From Mustelus asterias (lineage: Eukaryota): 64,000 nucleotides of DNA. The stretch lies in NCBI RefSeq assembly GCF_964213995.1, contig NC_135803.1, forward strand, positions 140,306,001 to 140,370,000, given 5' to 3'. Numbering within the stretch: the stretch's first letter is position 1; every line of letters begins with the position of its first letter. The translations under genes were made by a program, and so were the position numbers. Positions 1 through 11,524 of the stretch are shown in pieces. A model generated the notes under the pieces. That model worked only from the letters and a program-made list of their open reading frames with translations, was not told where the DNA came from and did no database searches.

Positions 1-359
1 AGGCAGCCTGGCGTGCACCCCATCCACCATCTTCAAAACTCACTCCCTCCATCACTGACGCACAATGGCAGCACTGTGCACCAAGGTGCACTGCAGCAAC
101 TTATCAAGGGTCTTTCAACAGCACCTTCTAAACCTTCCACCTCAGGATCTGGAAGGACAAGAGCAGCACATGCATAGGAACACCACCATCCACACATTCC
201 CCTCCAAGCTACACACCATCCTGGACTTGAAACTGATCAAAGTTCAATAAGCTTTCATTTGAGTAAAGTTAATTGGAAAAGGCTGAATTTCTAAATTGTC
301 GAAAGAAATCTTGCGTTTATGATCAACAAATTATAATTATGCTACCAGATGTAGAAACC

Positions 360-950
360 ATAGATGTAGAAAACAGGATGTGGCCATTTGGCACTTGGAG
401 CCTGCTCTGCCATTCATTATGATCATCCAACTCAGTAGGCTGACCATGTCTTCCCCCTATATCCTTTGATCCCCATTGCCCAAGAGCTACTTCTAACTCC
501 TTGAAAACATACAATGCTTTGGCAGAGAATTCCACAGGTTTACCACTCACTAAATGACGAAGTTTCTCATCCAAGTCCTAAAAGATTTACCCTGTATCTT
601 TAAACTATGGCCTCTGGTTCTGGACACCTCAACCATCAGGAACATCCTTCCTGCATCCACCCGGTCTAGTCCTGTTGGAATTTTATAGGTTTCTATAAGG
701 TTACCCCTCATTCTTCTGAACTCCAGCAAATATAATCCGAACTGGCTTTATCTCTCCTCATACATCAGTACCGCTATTCCAGGAATCAGTCTGGTAAATT
801 TTCACTGTAGTCCCTCTATATCGAGAACATCCTTCCTCAGATAAGGAAACCAAAACTGCACTCAATATTCAAGGTGTGGCCTCACCGCGGTCCTGCAAAA
901 TAGCAGCAAGACATGCTGCTGCTATATTGAATCCTCTTGCTAAGGCCAAT
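360..950 (-). mobile_element. CR1-clade LINE 3' fragment (decayed)
   Basis: Reverse complement resembles the CR1 ORF2 C-terminus (VQFW-P-L, GQFGLYLLEFRRMRG) and 3' UTR ending in a TTTCTAYR-type tail at ~350-372; many stops. Confidence 0.7.
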
Positions 951-954
951 ATTA

Positions 955-1262
955 CAGCAGTACAATGGCACTGGTTAGCACTGCTGCCTCACAGCGCCAG
1001 GGTCCCAGGTTCAATTCCCGGCTTGGGTGACTGTTTGTGTGGAGTTTGCACGTTCTCCCCATGTCTGTGAGAGTTTCCTCCGAGTGCTCCAGTTTCCTCC
1101 CACAGTCCAAAGATGTGCAGGTTAGGTTAAATTGTTCTTTAGTGTCGGGGGACTAGCTAGGATAAATGCATGGGGTTATGGGGGATAGGAGCTGGGTGGG
1201 ATTGTGGTCAGTGCAGACTCAATGGGCCGAATGATCTCCTTCTGCACTGTAGGATCCTATGA
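955..1262 (+). mobile_element. HE1/V-SINE-like tRNA-derived SINE
   Basis: Head TGGTTAGCACTGCTGCCTCACAGCGCCAGG with B-box-like GGTTCAATTCCC, central GTGTGGAGTTTGCACGTTCTCCCC domain, tail GGGCCGAATG...CTGCACTGTAGG. Confidence 0.85.
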
Positions 1263-1600
1263 CTGCCATTTGCCTTTCTTTTAAAACCACTGGCTGCACC
1301 AACATGCTTACCTTCAGCGACTGGTGTACTCAAGTGTCATTGCACATTCCCCCTCAATTTATAGCCATTCAGATAATAATCTGCCTTCCTATTTTTACTA
1401 CCAAAATTGATATCCTCACATTTATCTCCACTATACTGCATCTTCCAAGCATTTGCCCACTCAGCTTGTCCAAATCATATGGAAGCGTCTCTGCATCCTC
1501 CTCCACTCAACTTTGTGTCGTCTACAAATTTGGAGATTTATACATTTAGTTCCCTCATCTAAATCAATTATATTGCAAATAGCTGGGATACCTGCAGTAC

Positions 1601-1830
1601 AGCAAGTAGTCTTACAACACCAGGTTAAAGTCCAACAGGTTTATTTGGCAGCAAAAGCCACTAGCTTTCAGAGTGCTGCCCCTTCGTCAAGGACTCACCT
1701 GACGAAGGGGCAGCACTCCGAAAGCTTGTGTGGCTTTTGCTACCAAATAAACCTGTTGGACTTTAACCTGGTGTTGTGAGACTTCTTATTGTGTTTATCC
1801 CAATCCAACGCCGGCATCTCCACATCATGA
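1601..1830. mobile_element. Non-autonomous palindromic PLE-terminus element (two inverted pLTR ends)
   Basis: 1604-1690 is the reverse complement of ~1700-1788; both match the 3' end of the PLE at ~8585-8682; 13-bp TSD ATACCTGCAGTAC at 1588-1600 and 1831-1843. Confidence 0.85.
1696..1730 (+). ncRNA. Minimal type I hammerhead ribozyme motif (PLE-type)
   Basis: CAC-CTGACGA-A-GGGGC/AGC/ACTCC-GAAA-GCTT-GTG: CUGANGA and GAAA cores, stem I CAC/GTG, stem II with one mismatch, palindromic AAGCTT stem III. Confidence 0.7.
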
Positions 1831-1889
1831 ATACCTGCAGTACTCCAGTCATCACAGCCTGCCACTCAAAAAAAGACCTGTTTATTCGA

Positions 1890-2230
1890 ATCATAGAATA
1901 CCCTCAGTGCAGAAGGGGGACATTCAGCACATTGGGTCTGCAACAATCCTCCAACAGAAAATCCCACCCAGGTCCAATCCCTATAACCCCGCATGTTTAC
2001 CCTGCTAATCCCCCTAATCTACACATCTTGGGACACCAAGGGACAATTTAGCATGGCCAATCCACCTAACCTGCTCGTCTTTGGACTGTGGGAGGAAACC
2101 AAGGAACCCGGAGGAAACCCACGCAGACATGGGAAGAATGTACAAACTCCACATGGACAGTCACCCAAGACTGGAATCAAACCCAGGTCCCTGCCGCTAT
2201 GAGACAGCAGTGCTAACCATTTTGCCACCT
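1890..2230 (-). mobile_element. HE1/V-SINE-like SINE
   Basis: Reverse complement of the same SINE consensus (CAGCAGTGCTAACCA at the right end, CATAGAA tail at the left). Confidence 0.85.
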
Positions 2231-2234
2231 GCTC

Positions 2235-2965
2235 ATTCCTCTTCTTTTTCTCCTGTCTGCCAACCGGTTTTCTATCGATAAGCTACTCCCAATTCCATGA
2301 TCTTTCATTTTACAGACTGTCGAAAGCCTTCTAAAAATCCAAATAAACCACATGCACTGGCTTCCCCTCATCAACTCTACCAGTTACATACTTGATGAAT
2401 AGTAGATTTGTCAAGCATGATTTTCCTTTCATAAATCCTCTGTCTGATTCTACCAGTGTTTTCCAAGTGTTCTGTTATAAAATCTTTGATAATGGACTCT
2501 AGAATTTTCCCCACTATTGATGTCAAGCTAACTGGTCTATAATTCCTTGTTTTTGCTCTACCTCCCTTTTTAAATAGTGGGATTAAATTAACTGCCCTTC
2601 AAACTGTAGGAACCGTTCTAGACTCTGTAGAAATATTTTCTTTCTTCACACGCCTACAGAAACTTTTAGAGTCAGCTTTTATGTTCCCCACAAGCTTAGC
2701 TTAATCAATCCCTTGGTCTTCCTTTGCTGAATTCTTAACTGCTCCCAATCCTCAGGTCTTGGTGTTTTTTCTGGCCAATTTGTATGCCTCTTTCTTGGAA
2801 CCATACTAGTCTAATTTCCCTCGTAAGCCATGGTTTGGCCACCTTTCTCGTTTTACTTTTGAGCCAGACAAGAACAAACAACTGTTGCAGTCTACCCATA
2901 CGCTCTTTGAATGTTTGCCATTGCCTATTCTCTGTCATCCCTATAATTAACATTTCCCAATCTAT
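2235..2965 (-). mobile_element. CR1 LINE ORF2 fragment
   Basis: Minus-strand KPWLTREI and NYRPVSLTS motifs typical of CR1 ORF2; disrupted. Confidence 0.65.
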
Positions 2966-4029
2966 TTCTTTATATGGATAGAATACAGCACTTGAATGAC
3001 ACTTTTGATTCATTAGCCAGCTGACACCCAAGTGTAAAAAATGGTAATGTGTTTGGTACTGAAGAATGATGTCAGCCACTGAACCAGAGTTTTTTTTTTG
3101 TTCTGAAGCATCATCCACAACCACAATTAAGCAGATCTCTTCTTAAAAAAGCTGATGTCATTAACAACTTTCTCTTCCAGTTTTTCGTTGTATGCACAGA
3201 ACAGGACAAACCGATTCCAAAGATCTCACAATTTATTTTGTGGCAAAACAAAGCATCTCTGCATCTCCCAAGGGCTTAAAAGGGTCACAGATGAGTAATT
3301 TCAGAGATGAGTGCATAAGTCAAATGACCAATGGTAAAATGGATGTATTGCTAAATGCTGAATACAGCTAATATACATCTCATTCAATTACTTTAAATTG
3401 AAGCTTTTAAAAGATAATGCTCCAATATATTAAAAGATGATTTGCCAGGTTACCTCTGCATTACATCTTCATATGCTGAATATGTTTATTAAAAAAAGAC
3501 CAAGTTACCTGCGTAGTGAAAAGAAATCTACATTTCGTATGGTCAATGATGCCAGCTGTTATATTTTTAATTTAACATGCCATTTGATTCAGTTTTAGTA
3601 TTTGTACTTCAAATTCAGACAGCCATGAGGTTTTAAAAACCCATTCCAGGACTCTGACACATAATCTCGGCTGATGCCTCAGAGTGACATGTCAGGAATG
3701 CAGTTGTTCAGTTCAATGAGTCATTAAACCTAAATACATAACTTGGCCCTCTAATAAAGCTGCCTTTCTGGTGTGATGTCCCACGAGCGCTTGAAAGAGA
3801 AAACTATATTTTGCATTGGGACGAGGGCCCCCTTAAAATAATTTTTGGTAAAGCAGGTTCTTCCAGTAAATGATCATGTGACCAAACTGCTTGAGGGGTA
3901 AAGAATAGAAAGGAGAGAGCATGAGAGCAAGAACATGGAGTGTCAAACAGTTGGAAGTAGTGTGCAGAAGGCCCAACAGACCTCACACAAATCTTTGGAA
4001 CTAAGTCAGTTAATCTTTCAATTTCTGAT

Positions 4030-5745
4030 AAGTATTAGCTTGAGTTTGAGGTCTCACCAATGCCCTACACAACTGTAGCAAAACATCTCTACTTCGATAT
4101 CCTATCCTCCTTAGAATAAACATTCAATTTGTCTTACTAATCACTTGGCACATTGGCATACTAACTTTGTGTTTCATGTACAGCAAACCCAGATCTTTAA
4201 TTTATTTCCATTTAATATGCTGCTTTTCTATTCTTCCTGCCAAAGTGGACAAGTTCATATTTTCCCACATTATACCCCATCTGCCAAATTTTTGCCAACT
4301 CATTTAACCTATCCATATCCCACTGCAGATTCCCTTATGCCCTCCTCACAACTTACTTTCCTCCCCATCTTTGCATCAGCAAATTTAGCAACCACACACG
4401 ATTCTTTCATCCAAGTCGCTGATATAAATTGTTAATAGTTGAAGCCCTAACACAGATCCCTGTGGCACTCCACTCGTCACATCTCACCAACCCGAAGAGG
4501 CATCTATGCCTACTCTGTTTTCTATTAACTAACCAATCCTCTATTCATGCGACTCCCTATACAGTGAGCTCTTATTTTGCATAGTAATCTTTGATGTCAC
4601 ATTTTGTCAAATGCCTTCCGGAAATCCAAGCACAACACATCCACAGATTCCCCATCATCCACATTATTTATTACTTCCTCAAATATTTCCAATAAATTAG
4701 TCACACAATTTATTTTTCACAAAACAAATGTTGATTTTGCCTGATTGGATTGAGATGTTCTGAGTGCTTTTTTATAACCCCCTTAATAACAGATTCCAAA
4801 ATGTTTCCTATGACATATTAAGCATACTGGCCTGCAGTTTCCCGCTTTCTGCCTCCCTCCTTTCCTGAACAGAGGGTCACATTTACTATTATCCAATCTG
4901 ATGGAACCTTTCTGGAATATAGGGGATTGTGGAAAATGAAAACCAATGCATCCGTTATCCCAGCAGACACTTCTTTTAAGGTTCCTGGACTTGTCAGCCT
5001 TTGGTTCTAATAATTTTCTTAGTCCACTTTCCCTGCAATTGCTTTCAGTTCTACTATCCCCTTCACCTCCATTTCAAAATTATTTTGGGGATGTTACTTT
5101 TATCCTCTACAGTGAAGGCAGGCACAAAAACTGTTCAATTCATTTCCTTATTTTCCATTATTAATTCCCCATTTTCATTTTCTGGAAGGCCACACCTTTC
5201 TCCTTTTCAAATACTTGTAGAAACACTTACTTTTTAAAAATATTTCTAGCTAGCTTTCTCTCGTATTCTAATTCCTCCCTCCTTGGTATTTTTTTAGTCA
5301 TTCTTTGCGGTTCTTCATATTTTGTCCAATCTTCTGACCTGTCACTTATCTTTGCTGAATTCTATGCTTATTCTTTCAATTTGACAGGAACTTTAACTTC
5401 CTTAGTTAGCCAGATGGTGCACCCTTCTCTTAAGGGTCTTGCTTTCCCACTGAAACACATCTATTCTGAAATATCTCCCGAAATGTCTGCCACTATTGAC
5501 CAATCCCCTAACCTAACTTGCCAAGTCATTTAGCCAGCTCTGCCTTCATGCCCTCACAGTTGTCCTCATCGAATTTTAAAATGCTAGTCTTAGATCCACT
5601 CCTATCACCTCAAACTGAATGTGAAATTCAATCGTATGAATAATCACTGCTACCAAGGAGTGCCTTTACTATGAGGTCATCAATCCTATCTCATTGCACA
5701 TTATCAGATAGACCACAGCCTGTTCTCTGGTTGGCTCTAGAACAT
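4030..5745 (-). mobile_element. CR1 LINE ORF2 fragment (host of the PLE insertion, continues at 8683-10160)
   Basis: Minus-strand decayed RT motifs (SGVPQGSVLG, KFAD, DFRKAFDK). Confidence 0.65.
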
Positions 5746-8393
5746 AGACACCGCAAACTGCCGGCTCCAAGTGGAGAGGATCTCCAAGAAGATCGCGCAT
5801 ATCGACACAGACATCAAGTTTCTACAAAGATGCAAGAAAGCAGACAAAATACCGAAAGGACTACGGATCACGAACCCACTCAGGTCAACCTATAACACAG
5901 ACTACGCTGAGAGACTTTGCCGTCGCACCTCTCTCACCCTCCTCAACCACCTCATACACCAACTCTACAGCAAACGCTGCAGCCTGGAAACCAAGATAGA
6001 GTCCATATTCTCAACTTGCGCTCAGGATGCAGACCAGCTGCGAAACTCTGCCAAGCAGACGAGACAAAGGAACTACACCATCTACATGCACACCAAGAAC
6101 AGAAAACTTGAGAAACTCGGCATCACCACCAGCAGCAACCAAGCCTCCCCCGGTACCACAGTAGAAAACAGTACCACTGCAGGGAAGTCCATTGTCAACT
6201 TATCGGACTACACACTTCAACCAGATGAAATCGAAGTTCTCAGCCGAGGGCTTAATTTTTGCCCCACCACCAAAATAGACCCCATCAGTCTCGCAGCAGA
6301 CACAGAAGAATTCATCAGGCGAATGAGGCTGAGGGAGTTCTTCCACAAACCCCAAGAGGCCAACAACGAACACAATGGGACAGCCAATGAACCGGAACAG
6401 CCGACAGAGAGATCCGCAGTGCACCCGAAGAGGAAAGAGTCAAATTGGACTCCTCCGGAAAGCCGCTGCCCTCGACTTGACATGTATGCCCAAGCCGTCA
6501 GGAGGTGCATCAACACCAAATTCATCAGCCGCACTCACAAGACAGCCCCGAACATCACCCAAGCACAACGTAACGCCATCCACGCTCTCATGACCAACCG
6601 CAACATTGTCATCAAACCAGCAGACAAAGGAGGGGCCATCGTCATACTGAACAGAACGGATTACTGCAAAGAGGTGTACCGACAACTAAACAACGAGGAA
6701 CACTACAGACAGTTACCTGCAGATCCGACCAAAGAACACACCCGTCAACTCAACACTCTGATCAAGACCTTTGATCCGGACCTTCAGAACACCCTCCGTG
6801 CTCTCATCCCACGTACTCCCCGCGTTGGAGATCTCTACTGCCTCCCGAAGATACACAAGGCAAACACACCCGGCCGTCCCATCGTATCGGGCAATGGGAC
6901 CCTGTGCGAGAACCTCTCCGGCTATGTCGAGGGCATCCTGAAACCCATTGTACAAAGAACCCCCAGCTTTTGTCGCGACACGACGGACTTCCTACAGAAA
7001 CTCGGCACACATGGAGCAGTTGAACCAGGAGCGCTCCTCGTCACAATGGATGTCTCGGCACTCTACACCAGCATCCCCCATGACGATGGCATTGCTGCAA
7101 CGGCCTCAGTGCTCAGCGCCAACAACTGCCAGTTTCCAGATGCAATTTTACATCTCATCCGTTTCATCCTGGACCACAATATCTTCACCTTCAACAACCA
7201 GTTCTTCATCCAGACACACGGAACAGCCATGGGGACCAAATTCGCACCTCAATATGCCAACATCTTCATGCACAGGTTCGAACAAGACTTCTTCACCGCA
7301 CGGGACCTTCAACCGATGCTATACACTAGATACATCGATGACATTTTCTTCCTTTGGACTCATGGTGAACAATCACTGAAACAACTATATGATGACATCA
7401 ACAAGTTCCATCCCACCATCAGACTCACCATAGACTACTCTCCGGAATCGGTTGCATTCTTGGACACACGCATCTCCATTAAGGACGGTCACCTCAGCAC
7501 CTCACTGTACCACAAGCCCACGGATAACCTCACGATGCTCCACTTCTCCAGCTTCCACCCTAAACACGTTAAAGAAGCCATCCCCTACGGACAAGCCCTC
7601 CGTATACATAGGATCTGCTCGGATGAGGAGGATCGCAACAGATGCCCTCATAAGAACAGGATATGGCGCTCGACTCATTGATCAACAGTTCCAACGCGCC
7701 ACAGCGAAAAACCGCACCGACCTCCTCAGAAGACAAACACGGGACACAGTGGACAGAGTACCCTTCGTTGTCCAGTACTTCCCCGGAGCGGAGAAGCTAC
7801 GGCATCTCCTCCGGAGCCTTCAACATGTCATTGATGAAGACGAACATCTCGCCAAGGCCATCCCCACACCCCCACTTCTTGCCTTCAAACAACCGCACAA
7901 CCTCAAACAGACCATTGTCCGCAGCAAACTACCCAGCCTTCAGGAGAACAGTGACCATGACACCACACAACCCTGCCACAGCAACCTCTGCAAGACGTGC
8001 CGGATCATCAACACAGATGCCATCATCTCACGTGAGAACACCATCCACCAGGTACACGGTACATGCTCTTGCAACTCGGCCAACGTTGTCTACCTGATAC
8101 GCTGCAAGAAAGGATGTCCCAAGGCATGGTACATTGGGGAAACTATGCAGACGCTGCGACAACGGATGAATGAACACCGCTCGACAATCACCAGGCAAGA
8201 CTGTTCTCTTCCTGTTGGGGAGCACTTCAGCGGTCACGGGCATTCGGCCTCTGATATTCGGGTAAGCGTTCTCCAAGGCGGCCTTCGCGACACACGACGG
8301 CGCAGAGTCGCTGAGCAGAAACTGATAGCCAAGTTCCGCACACACAAGGACGGCCTCAACCGGGATATTGGGTTCATGTCACACTATTTGTAA
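5746..8393 (+). pseudogene. PLE polyprotein (RT + Cys-rich linker + GIY-YIG endonuclease) with a frameshift at ~7640
   Basis: ORF 5771-7681: KPADKG, GRPIVS, MDVSALYTSI, GTAMG, RYIDD. ORF 7452-8393: CHSNLCKTC, VVYLIRC...WYIGET...R..EH...E...GLN. Frames switch at RNR|DALIRTGY. No ATG at the 5' end (ORF track starts at GTG). Confidence 0.92.
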
Positions 8394-8586
8394 CCCCCAC
8401 AGAGTTTCACTGGCTGTCTTGTCTGGAGACAATACACATCTTTTTAGCCTGTCTTGACGCTCTCTCCACTCACATTGTTTTGTTTCTTAAAGACTTGATT
8501 AGTTGTAAGTATTCACATTCCAACCATTATTCATGTAAATTGAGTTTGTGTCTTTATATGCTCTGTTTGTGAACAGAATTCCCACT

Positions 8587-8623
8587 CACCTGAAGAAGGG
8601 GCTTGCAGCTCCGAAAGCTTGTG
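8587..8623 (+). ncRNA. Minimal type I hammerhead ribozyme motif in the PLE 3' pLTR
   Basis: CAC-CTGAAGA-A-GGGGC/TTGCA/GCTCC-GAAA-GCTT-GTG; intact cores, stem I CAC/GTG, palindromic stem III. Confidence 0.75.
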
Positions 8624-9641
8624 TGGCTTTTGCTACCAAATAAACCTGTTGGACTTTAACCTGGTGTTGTTAAACTTCTTACTGGCTCGAGAACATGCAG
8701 CTCTAAGAAACTGTCCTGAAAATACGATGAACTCATCATCCAGGATTTCCTCTGCCACTCTGATTTGAACAATCTATAACTCATGATTATCATTGTACAT
8801 TTCTCACAAGCCATTATTTCCTCTTCTATACTCCATCCTACAGCGTGGTTCCTGTTAGAAGGCCTATAAACCAACCTTAAGTGAATCTTTACATTTTCTA
8901 CTTCTCATTTCTACCCAAACTGATTCTGTATTCCGATGTCCAGAATGGAGGTCATCTCTCTTGACTGCACCAATGTCATCCTTAATTAACAGAGCTTACC
9001 CTCCACCTTTTCCTAGCTTCCTGTTCTTCCAAAACGTCATATACCCTTTAACGCTCCGGTCCCAGCCTTTGCCATTACAGAGATGTGGCTGCAAGATGGC
9101 AATCAGATAATACATTTTTATTTTTGTGCTCTCAATTGATCTGTTTTGTTAAGAATGCTACGCAAATTCAGATGCAGAGTCTGTATTTTTCAACTTGTTG
9201 GTGCACTCTGCCACGCTCTGACCACTTTTCTTCTCATGCCTTGTCTTTATTTAATTTACCACATTATCCCAAACCTGATCTCTTTGCTCCACTATTGCCT
9301 AGTTATATGACTCAAGAACACTGGTTCAGCACAGTTTAGATGAAGACTGCCCGAATTATATAGTTCCCAACTTCCCCAATGCTGGTGCCAGTGCCTCATG
9401 AATGGAAATCCATTTCTCCCACAACAATTTTTGAGCCACTCATTTAACTCTATAATCTGATTTACCGTATGCCAATTTTCTTGTGGCCAGTTTATTGCCT
9501 TTGGAGGTTCTGGTTTTTAATTTATCCCCTAGCTGTTCATACTCCCTCAGGAAACTCTTCCTTAGTTTCACCCATGTCATTGGTACCTACGTGGAGCACA
9601 ACTATTGTATCATCCCTTTTCCACTGCAAGTTCCTCTCCTA

Positions 9642-9944
9642 GCAAGGAGTCTCACAACACACCAAGTTAAAGTCCAACAGGTTTATTTGGTAGCAAAAGC
9701 CACTAGCTTTCAGAGCGCTGCTCCTTCGTCAGGTAAGTGGGAGTTCTGTTCACAAACAGGGCATATAAAGTATAACATGATTTTGAGCATATAAAATATA
9801 AACAGAACTCCCACTTACCTGACGAAGGAGCAGCGCTCCAAAAGCTAGTGGCTTTTGCCACCAAATAAACTTGTTGAACTTTAACCTGGTGTTGTGAGAC
9901 TTCTTACTGTGTTTACCCCAGTCCAACGCCGGCATCTCCACAAC
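9642..9944. mobile_element. Non-autonomous palindromic PLE-terminus element
   Basis: ~9645-9750 is inverted relative to ~9800-9905, with an AT-rich spacer; TSD AGTTCCTCTCCTA at 9629-9641 and 9945-9957. Confidence 0.85.
9701..9735 (-). ncRNA. Minimal hammerhead ribozyme motif (intact core)
   Basis: Minus strand TAC-CTGACGA-A-GGAGC/AGC/GCTCT-GAAA-GCTA-GTG; the partner arm (9816-9850, +) has GAAA changed to AAAA. Confidence 0.68.
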
Positions 9945-10179
9945 AGTTCCTCTCCTACCCAGGGCAGATGCCCTGAATCCTGGCACTAGGCCAGCAACGC
10001 AGCCTTCTGGATTCCCACTCTTGGCTGCAAAGAACTTATCTATCGCCCTGGCCACACTGTCCGCTATTATCACTACATTCCAGTAACTTCCCCACTTGAA
10101 TGGCTTCCTGTACTCTGGTGCCATGGTCAGTTTGCTCATCCACCTTGCAGCCCCCACTTTTATCCATACAACTTGCAAG

Positions 10180-10345
10180 AGTGTGGTGGCACAGTGGTTA
10201 GCACTGCTGCCTCACAGCGCTGGGGACCCGGGTTCAATTCCCACTTGGGTCAGTGTGTGCGGAGTCTGCATGTTCTCTGTGTCTGCGTGGGTTTCCTCCG
10301 GGTGCTCCAGTTTCCTCCCACAGTCCAAAAGATGCGCTAGTTAGA
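10180..10345 (+). mobile_element. HE1-like SINE 5' half
   Basis: GTGGCACAGTGGTTAGCACTGCTGCCTCACAGC head and central domain. Confidence 0.8.
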
Positions 10346-10349
10346 TGCA

Positions 10350-10745
10350 TTGGTCGTGAATGTAGCCCAATCCAGCCTTCCATCCATTGACTCCGTCTAC
10401 ACTTCCCACTGCCTCAGCAAAGCAGCCAGCATAATTAAGGACCCCATGCACTCCGGACATTCTCTCTTCTACCTTCTTCCGTCGGGAAAAAGATACAAAA
10501 GTCTGAGGTCACGTACCAACCGACTCAAGAACAGCTTCTTCCTGGCTGCTGTCAGATTTCTGAATGGACCTACCTTGCATTAAGTTGCTCTTTCTCTACA
10601 CCCTAGCTATGACTGTAAACACTACATTCTGCACTCGCTCGTTTCCTTCTCTATGTACGGTATGCTTTGTCTGTATAGCACACAAGAAACAATACTTTTC
10701 ACTGTATACTAATACGTGACAATAATAAATCAAAATCAAAATAAA
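10350..10745 (+). mobile_element. Rex1/Babar-like LINE 3' end
   Basis: ORF IIKDPMHSGHSLFYLLPSGKRYKSLRSRTNRLKNSFF, then a 3' UTR ending AATAAATCAAAATCAAA. Confidence 0.75.
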
Positions 10746-11191
10746 TGATCAAAACACTCACCAACAAATCACTTACCCGTTTTCCTGTGATGTCACTTTT
10801 TATTTTATCTCTTAGAATGTGGTCAATTCACAAACTCAGCTGACTGGTTTGGGCATGTTCTGCTTGCAGAGGACAGGACCCTGCATACAAATATATGTAG
10901 CTTCTAGTGCGCAAGTCCTCTGCAAGCAGAAAGAATACGTCCAGACATTGTGCCTTTTTTCAATTAAAGAAAAGCATGTGACAAAATGTGGTATACAAAT
11001 TTCAATGGCACATCCCAAAACTAGTGGATCATATCAAATAGCATCCCTTCAGCTGCTTGCAATGGGCTGCGTACAGACCAGACTCAGCCAACTCGCACTT
11101 GCAAAACTCAGAACACAATGTCTAATGTTAGGTACAATTCCACAATTGGACAACAATAGCTGGACGGCCTCAAGTGTGCCGGGAATTACAT

Positions 11192-11524
11192 GGGGCGGCA
11201 CGGTAGCACAGTGGTTAGCACTGCTGCTTCACAGCTCCAGGGTCCCGGGTTCGATTCCCGGCTCGGGTCACTGTCTGTGTGGAGTTTGCACATTCTCCTC
11301 GTGTTTGCGTGGGTTTCCTCCGGGTGCTCCGGTTTCCTCCCACAGTCCAAAGATGTGCGGGTTAGGTTGATTGGCCAGGTTAAAAATTGCCCCTTAGAGT
11401 CCTGAGATGTGTAGGTTAGAGGGATTAGCGGGTAAATATGTGGGGGTAGGACCTGGGTGGGATTGTGGTTGGTGCAGACTCGATGGGCCGAATGGCCTCC
11501 TTCTGCACTGTAGGGTTTCTATGA
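11192..11524 (+). mobile_element. HE1/V-SINE-like SINE, young full-length copy
   Basis: GGCGGCACGGTAGCACAGTGGTTAGC A-box region, GGTTCGATTCCC B-box; nearly identical to the copies at 17326 and 26656. Confidence 0.92.

Larger units (their letters stand above)
5746..8682 (+). mobile_element. Penelope-like retroelement (Neptune-like), near full length, 5' pLTR missing
   Basis: RT and GIY-YIG ORFs, 3' pLTR with hammerhead core and AATAAA; TSD TGGCTCTAGAACAT (5732-5745) / TGGCTCGAGAACAT (8683-8696), 14 bp with one mismatch. Confidence 0.93.

Noticed and set aside
3063-3106. Possible C/D-box snoRNA (ATGATG...CTGA)
   Set aside because: Imperfect C box, too short, no terminal stem, and antisense to the presumed host gene
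3447-3530. Possible minus-strand IPPK exon (two AG|GTAAC motifs)
   Set aside because: Stops in all three frames and no similarity to IPPK
11192-11265. tRNA-like sequence (also at the other SINE heads)
   Set aside because: Continues into the SINE body and LINE-like tail in more than 10 copies; not a tRNA gene
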